The notes beneath the pieces were generated by a model. The model was not told where the DNA came from. It did no database searches and worked only from the letters and a program-made list of their open reading frames with translations. Position numbers and translations under genes: made by a program. DNA of 61,801 bases, filler included. It is 7 parts of 7 records of this genome, joined end to end, with 100 filler letters (N's around TTAATTAATTAA, not from the genome) between each part and the next. Parts side by side here need not be neighbours in the genome. Positions count along the whole stretch, not along the records: positions 39,772 to 48,226 come from SRR31147125_2068; positions 48,327 to 55,143 come from SRR31147125_2069; positions 55,244 to 61,801 come from SRR31147125_2089; 4 more parts are not named here. The stretch is one strand, 5' to 3'. Shown piece by piece: positions 46,509-58,200 of the stretch. Numbering within the stretch: the first letter of the stretch is position 1; the number at the start of each line of letters is the position of its first letter.

Positions 46509-47492
46509 TTAGAAGTTTGTTTTTATCCAGTTGGCAATTTCTTCGCTATTGTGGTCGAGCATGCAGCGAAAGTGTTTCTTTGGGCATTGGTGTCTCCCGA
46601 TTTTAGTACAGGGTTGACATTTTATCCCATCAACTTTTTGCATTTTAGATACCGGATCAGGGAAGTAGGGGAACATTCCAAGCTCAGGGGTAGTACTTCC
46701 CCAAATGGATATTATTTTCTTTTTGAAAGCTGCAGCAATATGCATAAGCCCTGTGTCATTCGCAATAACAAGTCGGGAGTTTTTAACAATAGAAGCCGAT
46801 TCGTTAATGTTTAACTTTCCGCAAAGGTTAAGAACTTTTGAATTTGAGAGCTGACATATTTCTTCTGCTAATGAGTTTTCACTATCACCACCAATTAAAA
46901 TAAATGGCAACTCAGATTGCTCAATTATCTCCTTGTGTTTTTCTGCTGGAAGTTTTTTGGTGAAGTATGTACCTGCAAGTACAACAGCAACATATCCATC
47001 TTTAAAATCTACGGGTAATTGATGTATCGGGTATTCGTGATCCTTTGGAATGAAATAATCAAGACCAGCATAGTCATTTTTTATACCCAAAGGAGCAACT
47101 GCTTTAATTTTCCGATCAACAATGTGAATGTTTGGCATCAGGTCAAATTTGAAATTGACTAAAAGCCATTTTTTTAAGTTGATTTTATTTAATGTATAGC
47201 TTTTTATTCTTAAGGATCGTTTTAGTATCTGAGTTCTGAGGTTATTGTGAAGGTCTACCAGTAAATCAAATTTTTCTGCTTGTAGTTCAGGGATAATGTC
47301 TTGTAGGGTGCCTTCAAGCAAGTGTATCTTATCAATGTGTGGATTTGCAACAAGTAAATTGCGGTGTTTTACTTTGGTTAGAAAATGAATCTCAACATTA
47401 TCCATCTGTTGTTTTAAACAACGGATAACTGGAGAGGTGAGAACAATGTCACCAATTGAGCTAAAACGTATGATAAGGATTTTGGTTTTCAC
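46509..47492 (-). CDS. Glycosyltransferase family 9 (heptosyltransferase-like)
   Basis: IIRFSSIGDIVLT, NDTGLMHIAAA, IWGST, CQPC...CPKKHFRCM. Confidence 0.9.
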   Translation of the reverse strand: MKTKILIIRFSSIGDIVLTSPVIRCLKQQMDNVEIHFLTKVKHRNLLVANPHIDKIHLLEGTLQDIIPELQAEKFDLLVDLHNNLRTQILKRSLRIKSYTLNKINLKKWLLVNFKFDLMPNIHIVDRKIKAVAPLGIKNDYAGLDYFIPKDHEYPIHQLPVDFKDGYVAVVLAGTYFTKKLPAEKHKEIIEQSELPFILIGGDSENSLAEEICQLSNSKVLNLCGKLNINESASIVKNSRLVIANDTGLMHIAAAFKKKIISIWGSTTPELGMFPYFPDPVSKMQKVDGIKCQPCTKIGRHQCPKKHFRCMLDHNSEEIANWIKTNF

Positions 47493-47551
47493 TTTATATA
47501 AAAACCCCGAAGATACAGAATCTTCAGGGTAATATGTTATTGATAGTTTTT

Positions 47552-47794
47552 TTAAGCAGATTCAGCAAGGACAATAATTTTATTATCCTTCGATTCAATC
47601 ACACCATCTTTAACTTCAAAAAAAGAAACCTGATCATTAAAGTCAACGACTTTTATCCGTCCGTTTGTTAAAGTGGAAATAATTGGTGCGTGATTGTTTA
47701 GAATTTCAAATGCACCTTTGCTCCCTGGAAGTTGAATTAATTTAACCTCTCCGGAAAATACCTTCTTGTCGGGTGTTATAATTTCAAGAAACAT
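47552..47794 (-). CDS. atpC: ATP synthase F1 epsilon subunit
   Basis: LEIITPDKKVFSGEV, LPGSKGAFEILNNHAPIISTL. Confidence 0.93.
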   Translation of the reverse strand: MFLEIITPDKKVFSGEVKLIQLPGSKGAFEILNNHAPIISTLTNGRIKVVDFNDQVSFFEVKDGVIESKDNKIIVLAESA

Positions 47795-47809
47795 GCTTCG
47801 TGCTTTAAA

Positions 47810-48226
<417 letters not shown>

Positions 48227-48326
48227 NNNNNNNNNNNNNNNNNNNNNNNNNNNNNNNNNNNNNNNNNNNNTTAATTAATTAANNNNNNNNNNNNNNNNNN
48301 NNNNNNNNNNNNNNNNNNNNNNNNNN
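48227..48326. other. Artificial contig linker
   Basis: 44 N + TTAATTAATTAA + 44 N. Confidence 0.99.
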
Positions 48327-48430
48327 AGAGTTTTGATTGAAATTGAAAAATAACTCTTAACAATTTCTTTATACTGAGAATATTTTTCAACTTGATTTAA
48401 CTATTTTTAGATAAGAATCAATTTAATTTA

Positions 48431-48970
48431 GTGAAAAATCAACTATTTATTATTTCTGGAGGAGCTGGTTTTGGTAAAACCAGCATCATAAAAATGTTAA
48501 TCGACTTAGGATTTAAAGCTGGAGAAGAATATGCTAGGGAAATCATTTATGAGCAGAGTCGAATTGGCGGTGAAATTTTACCTTGGAAAAATATCAACTT
48601 ATTTCAACAAGAGGTATTCAAAAAGCGAAAGGATTTTTACGAGTCTGTTGGAGATGATGAAATTGCATTTTCCGACCGAGGTATACCTGATCAATTCGCA
48701 TTTGCCAGATATAAAGGATTTTCACCAAAGCGGTTACTTGAAAATGCGAATAAGTACAGGTATGCCAGTACTGTTTTTATAGCTTCTCCCTGGAGTAAAA
48801 TTTTCAAACAAGATCAAGTGAGAAAGGAATCTTTTGAAGAAGCTGTTGAAATGCATAACATTGTTTGTGAAGTGTATAAAGAGCTAGATTACTCCTTGGT
48901 TGAACTTCCGAAGGCAAGTGTTTCAGAAAGAGTAAGTTTTATTCTAAACTATATAAAAACGATTTATTAA
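48431..48970 (+). CDS. Small P-loop NTPase (AAA_28/NadR-like)
   Basis: ISGGAGFGKTS, EEYAREII, FSDRGIPD, RKESFEEA. Confidence 0.82.
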   Translation: MKNQLFIISGGAGFGKTSIIKMLIDLGFKAGEEYAREIIYEQSRIGGEILPWKNINLFQQEVFKKRKDFYESVGDDEIAFSDRGIPDQFAFARYKGFSPKRLLENANKYRYASTVFIASPWSKIFKQDQVRKESFEEAVEMHNIVCEVYKELDYSLVELPKASVSERVSFILNYIKTIY

Positions 48971-48995
48971 AATAATCAATTAACCAAATTACAAA

Positions 48996-49748
48996 ATGAG
49001 TATTTCAAGAAGAAGTTTTATTAAACGATCTGCAGTGAAATCAGTTGGTATTGCAAGTATTCCAATGATTTTGTCATCATGTGTTGATGAAAAAGTTGAA
49101 AGCAAAACTGGTCTAACTGAAAATGATGTTGTGTTGTTTCAGGGTGATTCAATTACGGATGCTGGACGAGAAAAGAAACATCAAATCCCAAATAGCTCTA
49201 GTTCCTTTGGGGGAGGTTATGCATTGTTAGCAGCATCTTCTCTGTTAAATGAGTTTGCAGCAAATAATCTTACAATATATAATCGTGGAATAAGTGGAAA
49301 TAAAGTATATCAGTTAAGTGATAGATGGCAGGAGGATTGTATTGGATTAAAACCAAATGTATTAAGTATTTTAATTGGAGTAAACGATTTCTGGCATATG
49401 AAAAATGGGAATTATGACGGTGATGTAAAAGTATATGAGGAAGATTACCGGAAACTTCTTAAACGAACTAAAAAAGCTTTGCCTGATATTAAATTTGTGA
49501 TATGTGAACCATTTTTGGTGGAAGGTGGTACTGCTGTAAAAGAAGGTTGGATTGAAGAGTTTAAAGCTTATCAGGCTGTTTCAAAAAAAATGTCAGAGGA
49601 GTTTAATACGCTTTTTGTACCGTTTCAGAAAATATTCGATGAAGCAAGTAAAGTTGCACCCGGACCTTATTGGGCAGCAGACGGTGTACATCCGAGTATG
49701 GCAGGCGCTGAATTAATGGCAAAGTCATGGTTGAAAGTAATGAGCTAA
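48996..49748 (+). CDS. SGNH/GDSL hydrolase with twin-arginine signal
   Basis: SRRSFIK, FQGDSITD, NRGISG, LIGVND, DGVHP. Confidence 0.92.
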   Translation: MSISRRSFIKRSAVKSVGIASIPMILSSCVDEKVESKTGLTENDVVLFQGDSITDAGREKKHQIPNSSSSFGGGYALLAASSLLNEFAANNLTIYNRGISGNKVYQLSDRWQEDCIGLKPNVLSILIGVNDFWHMKNGNYDGDVKVYEEDYRKLLKRTKKALPDIKFVICEPFLVEGGTAVKEGWIEEFKAYQAVSKKMSEEFNTLFVPFQKIFDEASKVAPGPYWAADGVHPSMAGAELMAKSWLKVMS

Positions 49749-49772
49749 TAATTTAATTTGGTGTGAATTTTT

Positions 49773-50345
49773 ATGAATGAAGAATATTTTGAAGGTGAAG
49801 AGTATAATGGGATTGATTTTTCGTTGAAAGGTTTTGTGAAAGGGCAGTATGATGATTGTATTTTTTCAAATTGTAACTTTTCAAACGTCGATCTTTCGAT
49901 TGTAAACTTTGGAGAATGTGAGTTTATTGATTGTGATTTAAGTCTGGCAAAGATTGTCGGAAGTTTATTTCGAAGTATTCAATTTAAGAACTGTAAGCTT
50001 TTGGGGTTGCACTTTGAAGATTGCAAGGATTTTTTATTTGAGGTTCAGTTTGAAGGATGTCAGTTAAATTTGACTTCGTTTTATCGGCGTAAGTTAAAGA
50101 AGACTAGATTTGAGAATTGTGTGCTGGAAGAGGTTGATTTTAGCGAAGCTGACTTAACAGAGGCGGTCTTTCTCAATAGCAATCTAGATAGGGCTATATT
50201 TCAAGATTCAATATTATTTAAAGCCGACTTTCGAACTTCGTATAATTACTCAATCGATCCTGAGAGTAACCGAATTCGTAAAGCCAAATTCTCAAGAGAA
50301 GGTCTTTTGGGCTTGTTAGGGAAATATGATATTGATATTGAATAA
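49773..50345 (+). CDS. Pentapeptide-repeat protein
   Basis: CIFSN/CNFSN/VDLSI/CEFID/CDLSL repeats; ADFRTSYNYSIDPESN. Confidence 0.9.
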   Translation: MNEEYFEGEEYNGIDFSLKGFVKGQYDDCIFSNCNFSNVDLSIVNFGECEFIDCDLSLAKIVGSLFRSIQFKNCKLLGLHFEDCKDFLFEVQFEGCQLNLTSFYRRKLKKTRFENCVLEEVDFSEADLTEAVFLNSNLDRAIFQDSILFKADFRTSYNYSIDPESNRIRKAKFSREGLLGLLGKYDIDIE

Positions 50346-50367
50346 AAGAATTACCAGCATATGCAGC

Positions 50368-50405
50368 AAAAAGAAAGGCAACCATTAAGGCTGCCTTTCT
50401 TTTTT
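50368..50405. terminator. Bidirectional intrinsic terminator between convergent genes
   Basis: AAAAAGAAAGGCA...TGCCTTTCTTTTT. Confidence 0.8.
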
Positions 50406-50419
50406 ATGATAAGTATTAG

Positions 50420-52441
50420 TTATGCCGTAACTAATATTTCTTTCACCTGATTGTAGACATTCTCACCGGTATAGCCCAGTTTTTTGTCTAATACACCTGC
50501 AGGGGCAGAGAATCCAAATGATCCAAGACCAAATACTTTACCATCTGCACCAACTAAACCTTCAAGGGTAACAGGCAATCCTGCTGTTAAACCGAATTTT
50601 TTGATACCGGCAGGTAGAACTTCTGCTTGGTATTCTGCACTTTGAGTGCGGAATAAACCTTCTGAAGGAACAGATACGATGCGACACTTAACACCATCTT
50701 TTGCTAATAATTCTGCACCGTCAACTAAAGTACTAACTTCCGAGCCACTTGCAAGCAAGATAATATCAGGAGTACCTTCGCAGTTTTGAAGAACGTAAGC
50801 TCCTTTAGTAGCACCTTGTGCAGTTTCATATGTCGTAACGTCTTTAATACCTTGGCGAGATAAAATTAACGCAGTTGGCGTATCGATATTTTCCATTGCC
50901 ATTTTCCATGCAACAGTAGTTTCGTTACCATCAGCTGGGCGAAGAACTAACATTGAATTTTTGTGGCTGTGGTTTTGTAATTTTTCCAGCAAACGTATTT
51001 GAGCTTCGTGCTCAACAGGTTGGTGGGTTGGACCATCTTCACCTACACGGAATGCATCATGAGTCCATATAAATTTAACCGGGATCTCTTGTAATGCGGC
51101 AATACGTGCAGCAGGCTTCATGTAATCGCTAAATACGAAGAAAGTACCGCAGGCAGGGATAATACCTCCGTGCAATGCCATACCATTCATGATACAAGCC
51201 ATGGTTAACTCACAAACACCTGCCTGTAGAAACTGACCGCTGAAGTCACCTTTTTTGAATGCTGTTGTGTTTTTAAGGAAACCATCTGTTTTGTCAGAGT
51301 TTGAAAGGTCGGCAGAAGAAACCACCATGTTTTCAACTTCGTTAGCATAAACAGAAAGAACAGTAGCAGAAGCACCACGAGTAGCAATACCTGGTTTTTG
51401 TTCAATTTTGCTATAGTCAACAGCAGGAATTTCGTTTGAGAAGAATGCAGCTAGTTTTGTAGCTAATTCTGGGTTTTCAGCAGCCCATTCAACTTGTTGC
51501 GCTTTTTTTGTTGCAGCAGCTTTTACTAGCTCATCTGCGCGGTTTTCAAATAGCTCAGCAACATCAGGAAAGATTGCAAAAGGCTCATCAGCTGATCCGC
51601 CAAGGTTTTCGATTGTTTTAGCAAATGAAGCACCTGCACCAGATAACGGTTGACCGTGAGTAGAGCATTTACGCTCGAAATTACTTCCGTCTTCAGTAAC
51701 AGCACCTTTGCCCATAATTGTTTTACCAATAATCAGGGTTGGTTTTTCAGTTTCTTCATTCGCAGCTTTCAATGCAGAATGGATTTCTGAAACATCGTCA
51801 CCATTTACAGTAACAACTTTCCATCCCCAGGCTTCGTATTTTTTAGCAGTGTCTTCGTTTGTAACCTCATCAGTTTCTGTCGAAAGCTGAATGTCATTTG
51901 AATCATAAAACATGATTAAATTACTCAAGCCCAGAAATCCGGCAATACGACCAGCACCTTGTGAAATTTCTTCCTGAACACCACCATCAGATATGAACGT
52001 GTATGTTTTATGTGCCATCCAGTCTCCAAAACGTTCAACAAGGAAACGTTCTGCAATAGCAGCACCAAGAGCCATAACATGACCTTGCCCTAAAGGACCT
52101 GAAGTGTTTTCTACTCCACGCTCAACATCAACCTCTGGGTGACCTGGGGTTACGCTTCCCCATTGTCTGAAGTTTTTAAGGTCTTCCATGCTGTATTTCC
52201 CAGTAAGAGAAAGTGTCGCATAAAGCATTGGAGACATGTGACCTGGGTCAAGAAAGAACCTGTCGCGGTTAATCCATCCCATGTCAGAAGGGTCGTAGTT
52301 TAGAAATTCAGAATATAAAACGCTGACGAAATCAGCACCGCCCATTGCTCCACCCGGGTGACCGGATTTTGCTTTTTCTACCATTGCAGCCGAAAGAATT
52401 CGAATGTTATCTGCTGCTTTGGTTACCAAGTTGTTGTTCAT
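50420..52441 (-). CDS. tkt: Transketolase
   Basis: SGHPGGAMG, NRDRFFLDPGH, TPGHPE, SGPLGQG, VGEDGPTHQPVE. Confidence 0.95.
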   Translation of the reverse strand: MNNNLVTKAADNIRILSAAMVEKAKSGHPGGAMGGADFVSVLYSEFLNYDPSDMGWINRDRFFLDPGHMSPMLYATLSLTGKYSMEDLKNFRQWGSVTPGHPEVDVERGVENTSGPLGQGHVMALGAAIAERFLVERFGDWMAHKTYTFISDGGVQEEISQGAGRIAGFLGLSNLIMFYDSNDIQLSTETDEVTNEDTAKKYEAWGWKVVTVNGDDVSEIHSALKAANEETEKPTLIIGKTIMGKGAVTEDGSNFERKCSTHGQPLSGAGASFAKTIENLGGSADEPFAIFPDVAELFENRADELVKAAATKKAQQVEWAAENPELATKLAAFFSNEIPAVDYSKIEQKPGIATRGASATVLSVYANEVENMVVSSADLSNSDKTDGFLKNTTAFKKGDFSGQFLQAGVCELTMACIMNGMALHGGIIPACGTFFVFSDYMKPAARIAALQEIPVKFIWTHDAFRVGEDGPTHQPVEHEAQIRLLEKLQNHSHKNSMLVLRPADGNETTVAWKMAMENIDTPTALILSRQGIKDVTTYETAQGATKGAYVLQNCEGTPDIILLASGSEVSTLVDGAELLAKDGVKCRIVSVPSEGLFRTQSAEYQAEVLPAGIKKFGLTAGLPVTLEGLVGADGKVFGLGSFGFSAPAGVLDKKLGYTGENVYNQVKEILVTA

Positions 52442-52611
52442 GATCAAGTATTTTGTTAGTATGAAATTACCTATTCAATTGTTTTACCCATGCAAAAATA
52501 TAACTATTTCCCGAATGGGGTATCCTGCTCTATTCTGCCAACTAAAAAAGCCAGTGAAAGTAAAAAAATCTTAACACTGGCTTCATCAATTATTCTTGTA
52601 TTTTATTCAAC

Positions 52612-53781
52612 TTATTGAATTACTCTTACCATTATTACACCTTCAATAGAGGAAAGTTTATCAACTATTGAAGGGTCGGTTTCTTTTCTGTCAATGTCAA
52701 TGATATTATAAGCAATATCTGCTCTGTTTCGGTTTAACATGTTTGAAATGTTCATTCCTTCAGAAGCCATCATTGACGAAATTTGGCTTACCATGTTTGG
52801 AACATTTTTATTTGCAATAACAATACGTACACCACCGTTACGTTCCATTTCTGCTTGAGGGAAATTCACTGAATTAACAATGTTTCCTTTTTCCAAAAAT
52901 TCACGTACCTGATCTACTGCCATCAATGCACAATTTGTTTCTGATTCTGCAGTTGAAGCTCCAAGGTGAGGAATTGAGATTACATTTTCCATTTTCAAAG
53001 CTTCTTCATCAGGGAAGTCGGTTACATATTTTGCAACTTTTCCAGAAGCAAGAGCTTCTTTTAAATCAGTATTGTTAACTAACCCACCACGAGCAAAATT
53101 AAGAAGGCGTACACCATCTTTCATCATCTTGAATTTGCTTTCGTCAATGTAGCCTTTAGTATCTGCATTTAGCGGGATTTGTAAAGTCACATAATCCGCT
53201 TTTGAAAGTAGCATTTCAATACCTTCAGCTTGTTTTACATTACGACTCAATTTCCAGGCATGTTTAACTGAAATGAAGGGATCGTAACCCAAAACGTTCA
53301 TTCCAAGAGCTTGTGCTGCATTGGCCACTAAAACGCCAATTGCTCCAAGTCCTATAACTGCAAGTGTTTTTCCGCGAATTTCCTGACCTGCAAAATTTTT
53401 CTTGCCTTTTTCTACCAACGATGGAACTTCATCACCTTTGCCAATCAACGTTTTTGCCCATTCAATAGAGCCTGAAATGTCACGCGATGAAAGTAATAAA
53501 CCTGCAATGGTTAACTCTTTTACCCCATGTGCATTTGCTCCAGGTGTATTAAAAACTACAATTCCTTTGTCTGTACACTCATCAATTGGAATATTGTTTA
53601 CACCTGCGCCTGCTCTAGCAATTGCTTTTACACTAGCAGGCAATTCCATATCGTGCATTTTCTGACTACGAACAATAACTGCATCAGGAGCATTAAACTC
53701 ACTGGCAATTTCATATTGATCTAAAGGGAAATTTTTCAATCCTTCCGGATCGATTTTATTTAAGGTTTGAATCTTAAACAT
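52612..53781 (-). CDS. serA: D-3-phosphoglycerate dehydrogenase with C-terminal ACT-like domain
   Basis: ARAGAGVNNI, NTPGANA, GLGAIG, NFARGGLV, PHLGASTAESE, NKNVPNMV. Confidence 0.9.
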   Translation of the reverse strand: MFKIQTLNKIDPEGLKNFPLDQYEIASEFNAPDAVIVRSQKMHDMELPASVKAIARAGAGVNNIPIDECTDKGIVVFNTPGANAHGVKELTIAGLLLSSRDISGSIEWAKTLIGKGDEVPSLVEKGKKNFAGQEIRGKTLAVIGLGAIGVLVANAAQALGMNVLGYDPFISVKHAWKLSRNVKQAEGIEMLLSKADYVTLQIPLNADTKGYIDESKFKMMKDGVRLLNFARGGLVNNTDLKEALASGKVAKYVTDFPDEEALKMENVISIPHLGASTAESETNCALMAVDQVREFLEKGNIVNSVNFPQAEMERNGGVRIVIANKNVPNMVSQISSMMASEGMNISNMLNRNRADIAYNIIDIDRKETDPSIVDKLSSIEGVIMVRVIQ

Positions 53782-53975
53782 ACTATAACTGATTTTTCGA
53801 ATTTTGTTTGATAATGAGAAGCCTTAAAGCATGACAAAGATCACAATTTTATTTTAGAATTGATATTTTTTGACCTAATTTTTAGTCAATCTGTAAAAAC
53901 TTAAGTTTTGTGTTAACATATGAATCTGGTGTCTGCAATTTTGGTTATAAGTACATCGTATATTACTCTTCGATC

Positions 53976-54557
53976 TTACTTTCCTTTTCGCCAACGACTT
54001 CTGTTTGTTGAAAAAGCTGAGAGCCCTTTGTTTATGAACTTTACATCTTCAATGGAATAGAAAGCATTGGGGTTATATGTTGCAATAATATCAATTACTT
54101 TCTGAATTTCGTTTCGTTTTATTATGGAATATATTACAGCAACATTCTCATTTGCTCCTTGTGCTTCATGATAGGTTATTCCGTAGCCGCCAGCCCTTAG
54201 TTTTGCTATCAGGTTTTCAGCATTTTTTCTAGTAATAATTTGTAGCTTAACAATTCCTACAGCAAGCTTTTCTTCAATAATTAATCCAATGTAATTTCCA
54301 GTAGCAAAACCTGCTCCATAGGCAACATAGGCCACCCAGTTATCTATGTTTTGTATAATCTTACTCATTGTTACCAGCCAAATGATAACTTCAAAAAAAC
54401 CGAGCAGCGGAGCTATAAGCTTTTGTCCTTTTGAAACCATGACAATTCGTAGAGTACCAACAGTAACATCACTGATACGAGCAACAAAAATGAGTAATGG
54501 TAAAAGAATATAGGAGAAAAAATCTCCATGGAAAAAGTCGCTATTAAGAAAATCCAT
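53976..54557 (-). CDS. DUF2179 (UPF0316-like) membrane protein
   Basis: IFVARISDVTVGTLR, LGFFEVIIW, YGAGFATGNYIG, NPNAFYSIEDV; start MDFLN at 54557. Confidence 0.85.
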   Translation of the reverse strand: MDFLNSDFFHGDFFSYILLPLLIFVARISDVTVGTLRIVMVSKGQKLIAPLLGFFEVIIWLVTMSKIIQNIDNWVAYVAYGAGFATGNYIGLIIEEKLAVGIVKLQIITRKNAENLIAKLRAGGYGITYHEAQGANENVAVIYSIIKRNEIQKVIDIIATYNPNAFYSIEDVKFINKGLSAFSTNRSRWRKGK

Positions 54558-54669
54558 CGTTTTGGTTTTTGTTTGGATTAAAAATAGGAAATAAAACGTA
54601 GTTGCTTGTATTAATAAACAAAGCAAATTGGTTCGCTTCTTTGAGAGAACGATAATACGACAAAGAAAC

Positions 54670-54696
54670 AGATTCCGAAACGAGTTCGGAATGATG
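54670..54696 (-). repeat. CGTC-type REP-like palindrome
   Basis: Minus strand CATC-ATTCCGAA-CTCGT-TTCGGAAT-CT, same layout as 33669-33695. Confidence 0.55.
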
Positions 54697-54757
54697 AATT
54701 ATTTTTGTACCGTTTTCTTTTATAACAGACTCTTTTAAACTGTATTTTTGTATTGAC

Positions 54758-55143
54758 TTAAAATTCAGAAGTAAAATGAAACTTAATGTCTTTAAATTCA
54801 TCCTGTGCCATTTGCAAGATGAATCCTGAATCTGCCATGAATACGTCTCGACCTCTTTTATCTACTGCCATTCGTTGATGCTTCCTTTTTTGAATTCACT
54901 TAGAATTGCAGGATCATCGCATTCAATCCAACATGCTTTATGCATCGACATATTTTCGAACCGACACTTAGCATTGTATTCATGCTCCAAACGGTATTGA
55001 ATAACTTCGAATTGAAGTTGACCAACTGTTCCTATAATCTTACGACCGTTAAATTGGCTTGTAAATAGCTGTGCTACTCCCTCTTCCATGAGTTGGTCTA
55101 CTCCTTTAGCCAATTGCTTCGATTTCATTGGATCGGCATTTTC
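54758..55143 (-). CDS. prfC: Peptide chain release factor 3, C-terminal fragment, frameshifted at 54886-54891
   Basis: [38 protein letters not shown]; adding one A restores [21 protein letters not shown]...FHFTSEF*. Confidence 0.92.
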
Positions 55144-55243
55144 NNNNNNNNNNNNNNNNNNNNNNNNNNNNNNNNNNNNNNNNNNNNTTAATTAATTAAN
55201 NNNNNNNNNNNNNNNNNNNNNNNNNNNNNNNNNNNNNNNNNNN
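55144..55243. other. Artificial contig linker
   Basis: 44 N + TTAATTAATTAA + 44 N. Confidence 0.99.
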
Positions 55244-55244
55244 T

Positions 55245-58200
55245 TTTAGCACAACCTGGTATTTTAAAGATTCCTATTACGGACTTACCAGCGACCCTAA
55301 CTTGTATGAACAATTAGAAATTGATGAAACATATCCGATTTTACAAGGTTTAGATATATCAAATGGTGAATTATTAATTGAAGATGCCATTGATTTCATT
55401 TATATGAATGATTTGTTGAAATTATCAGGTATATTTAGACAATCAACCTATATGTTAAATGCTGATATTGACATGACACAAGTATCAAAAGATAGTTTTG
55501 TTGCTGCAGAAGCAAGTTTTAATGGGACACTTGGTAGTTATGAAATTAATGGCAATACCCTGTTTAATCATGGTTCAATGGGTGGAGCAAGTAACTATTA
55601 TAGTGTTTTAAACTTAACGATTTCACAACCAACTTTTATTGGTGATTATGCATCATATAGTTTATTTGCTGCATTGTTTGGCACAGTTGAACATATCAAC
55701 TTTATTAATTATCAAATTATACCTGAAGATTTATCACTTGTTGAAGATGTTGATCGCTTATTGATTGCAGGTATATCTGCAAATACTAGTAATGCAAACA
55801 TTCATGATGTTCATCTAGATATTAATATCGATGTCAATGTGACCAATGAATCGCTAGGTAAATTATATGTCTCAGGTCTATATGCCTATGGACAAGCATC
55901 GATTTCACATACAACAACCATTGGTGAAATTGATGAAATTCATATCAATGATGATCCTAGAATGACAGAAAATTACATCGCAGGTATGGTCGCATATGGT
56001 CAACAAGTTGATATTGAATATAGTATCAATGAAATTGATATATTAGGTTTATCATATGTTGGACAACCAACAAATACCATGTATATGGGTGGTATGTTTG
56101 GTTATGCATCATTTAAAGATATATATAAAATTATCAACAAAGGTGATATAGTGTCACATACTCAAGGTTATCTTGATACGGCTTATATAGGGGGTATAGT
56201 GGGTTATCAAAATGATTTAGAAAATGAGGTCAATTTTGTTTATCATGAAGGGGATGTGGTTGTAGATGCATATGATCATCAAACGGTTTATGCTGCGGGT
56301 TATGGTTATGTGACAGATGAAGAAAACTTGATTACACTCACAAGTATTACAAGTAATGGAACAATTTCTTTACTCAGTACATCTACTTTAAGTGATACAG
56401 TGCTACAACAAATGACATATTATGTGTCAGGTGTTCTTATCACTGAACAAACAAATGGGCATATTACTGGCCTCTTTCATAAACATGATCAAACCATCGA
56501 CATCAGTTATGTTGATTATTTTGCACTTAATTTATTGGCTTTAGATCAAGATGATTTAAATGTTGAGCAGAGTTATCAAACAGGTGATATTGATTTTATT
56601 ACTTCACAAGACTTAAACAATGAAAATATACAGATTTCATTGAATCTATATGGTAAAAACATGAATCTAAATCATATACGTCAAGAAGGGGATGCATCAT
56701 TTAATTTCACAAATGACTCATCACAATCTCTTACAAATGCAAACCTCTATATTTACGGTTTATTTGAAGAAGTTAGTGATACTTTTTATGCCTCAAATGG
56801 TTATCAAGGTGGAAATATAACAGTTAGCAAATCTACATCATCAGACATTGCATATAATTTATTTGTATCAGGTATTGCATATGCTAATAGGAATACATCA
56901 ATATATAGCGAGTTAAATATTAACTATCAATCTATTGATATTGATGTCGTTGATGGATCGGTTGACACAATGCTTAACCATGGTGATATTTTAATTGAAA
57001 ATAATTTTAATGGTGATGTGAAAGCATCAGGTATATTACTATACAATGAGGGTATTGTTACAGATGTCATTAATTCAGGTCATGTTGAAATATATAATGA
57101 TATTCAAACAGCTAATGACCAAATAGAAGCATCTGGTATTGTCTATGCTATGTTAGGTGCATATGCTCAAATTAGAAATGCAGCAAACAATGGTGATATT
57201 AAAGTTGCATCAACATCAACGATAAGTGGTTTTGCTCATGCAGCAGGTATCGTTGTAAGAAATGATATTTTAGAAGACGGATCAAATATTAATAATACGA
57301 CAGCACTTAATCAATATGCAAAAATATGGTTTAGTATAAATTATGGTGATATTTATGCATATAGTGGTCTCAATGAATCATCATATAGTATTACTAATGA
57401 AACAACCAGTAAAGCATCTGGTATTTTTGGACAAGGTATTTTATCAATAGTCAATACTATTAATTATGGAAATGTCTATAGCAGATATTTAAGTGCAGGA
57501 TTATTTGGTTTTGTGTATTACAATAAATTTCCAACATTAAATGCAGATATCGTATATATCTCAAACTCAATTAATTATGGAAAAATTAGACAAGTTACTG
57601 CGTATAATGATTCAACACAAACCTATACGTATAATATGAGTTCAACACCATCAACAGGACTTCCATATGCATTTGGGGCCATTGTAGGTAAGATCCATAC
57701 AGCCACTTCATCATGGGATTTTGCAGGAAATGTCGATTATCCAATAGATAGTATATATTTTGGATATTTATTAAACTTTGATGAAAAGATTAATATGTTT
57801 GCAAGTGCGCCAGATTTAACATCTGATTGGGCAGATGCTTGGTCTGGTAATACAAGTGATGCTAATGAGTTTATTCTTGATATGATTCAATATATGGCAA
57901 CGACGAATCCTTCAGATGCATCAGTTGAGCCTTTTACTTACTTTTATACAGGTGGTTTTTGGGGTGGACAATACATTGGTGATTATATTCAATATCTAGA
58001 ATTAAATGAAACCGATGATGGTATGTTTTACAATGGATTTGCATTTCGATCACCGCCACCTGCAATCAGTGGAACAGATCAATATATTGCAGATTATATT
58101 GAATATATACCAAGTGAAAAAGTAAATACTCAATTATTGACACAAATAGAATCAGACACCACATACGATTACCCTGGTATTTATGTACTATCAAGTGATA

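Noticed and set aside
50420-52441. Full-length plus split transketolase as a duplication in one genome
   Set aside because: They lie on different contigs from apparently different phyla.
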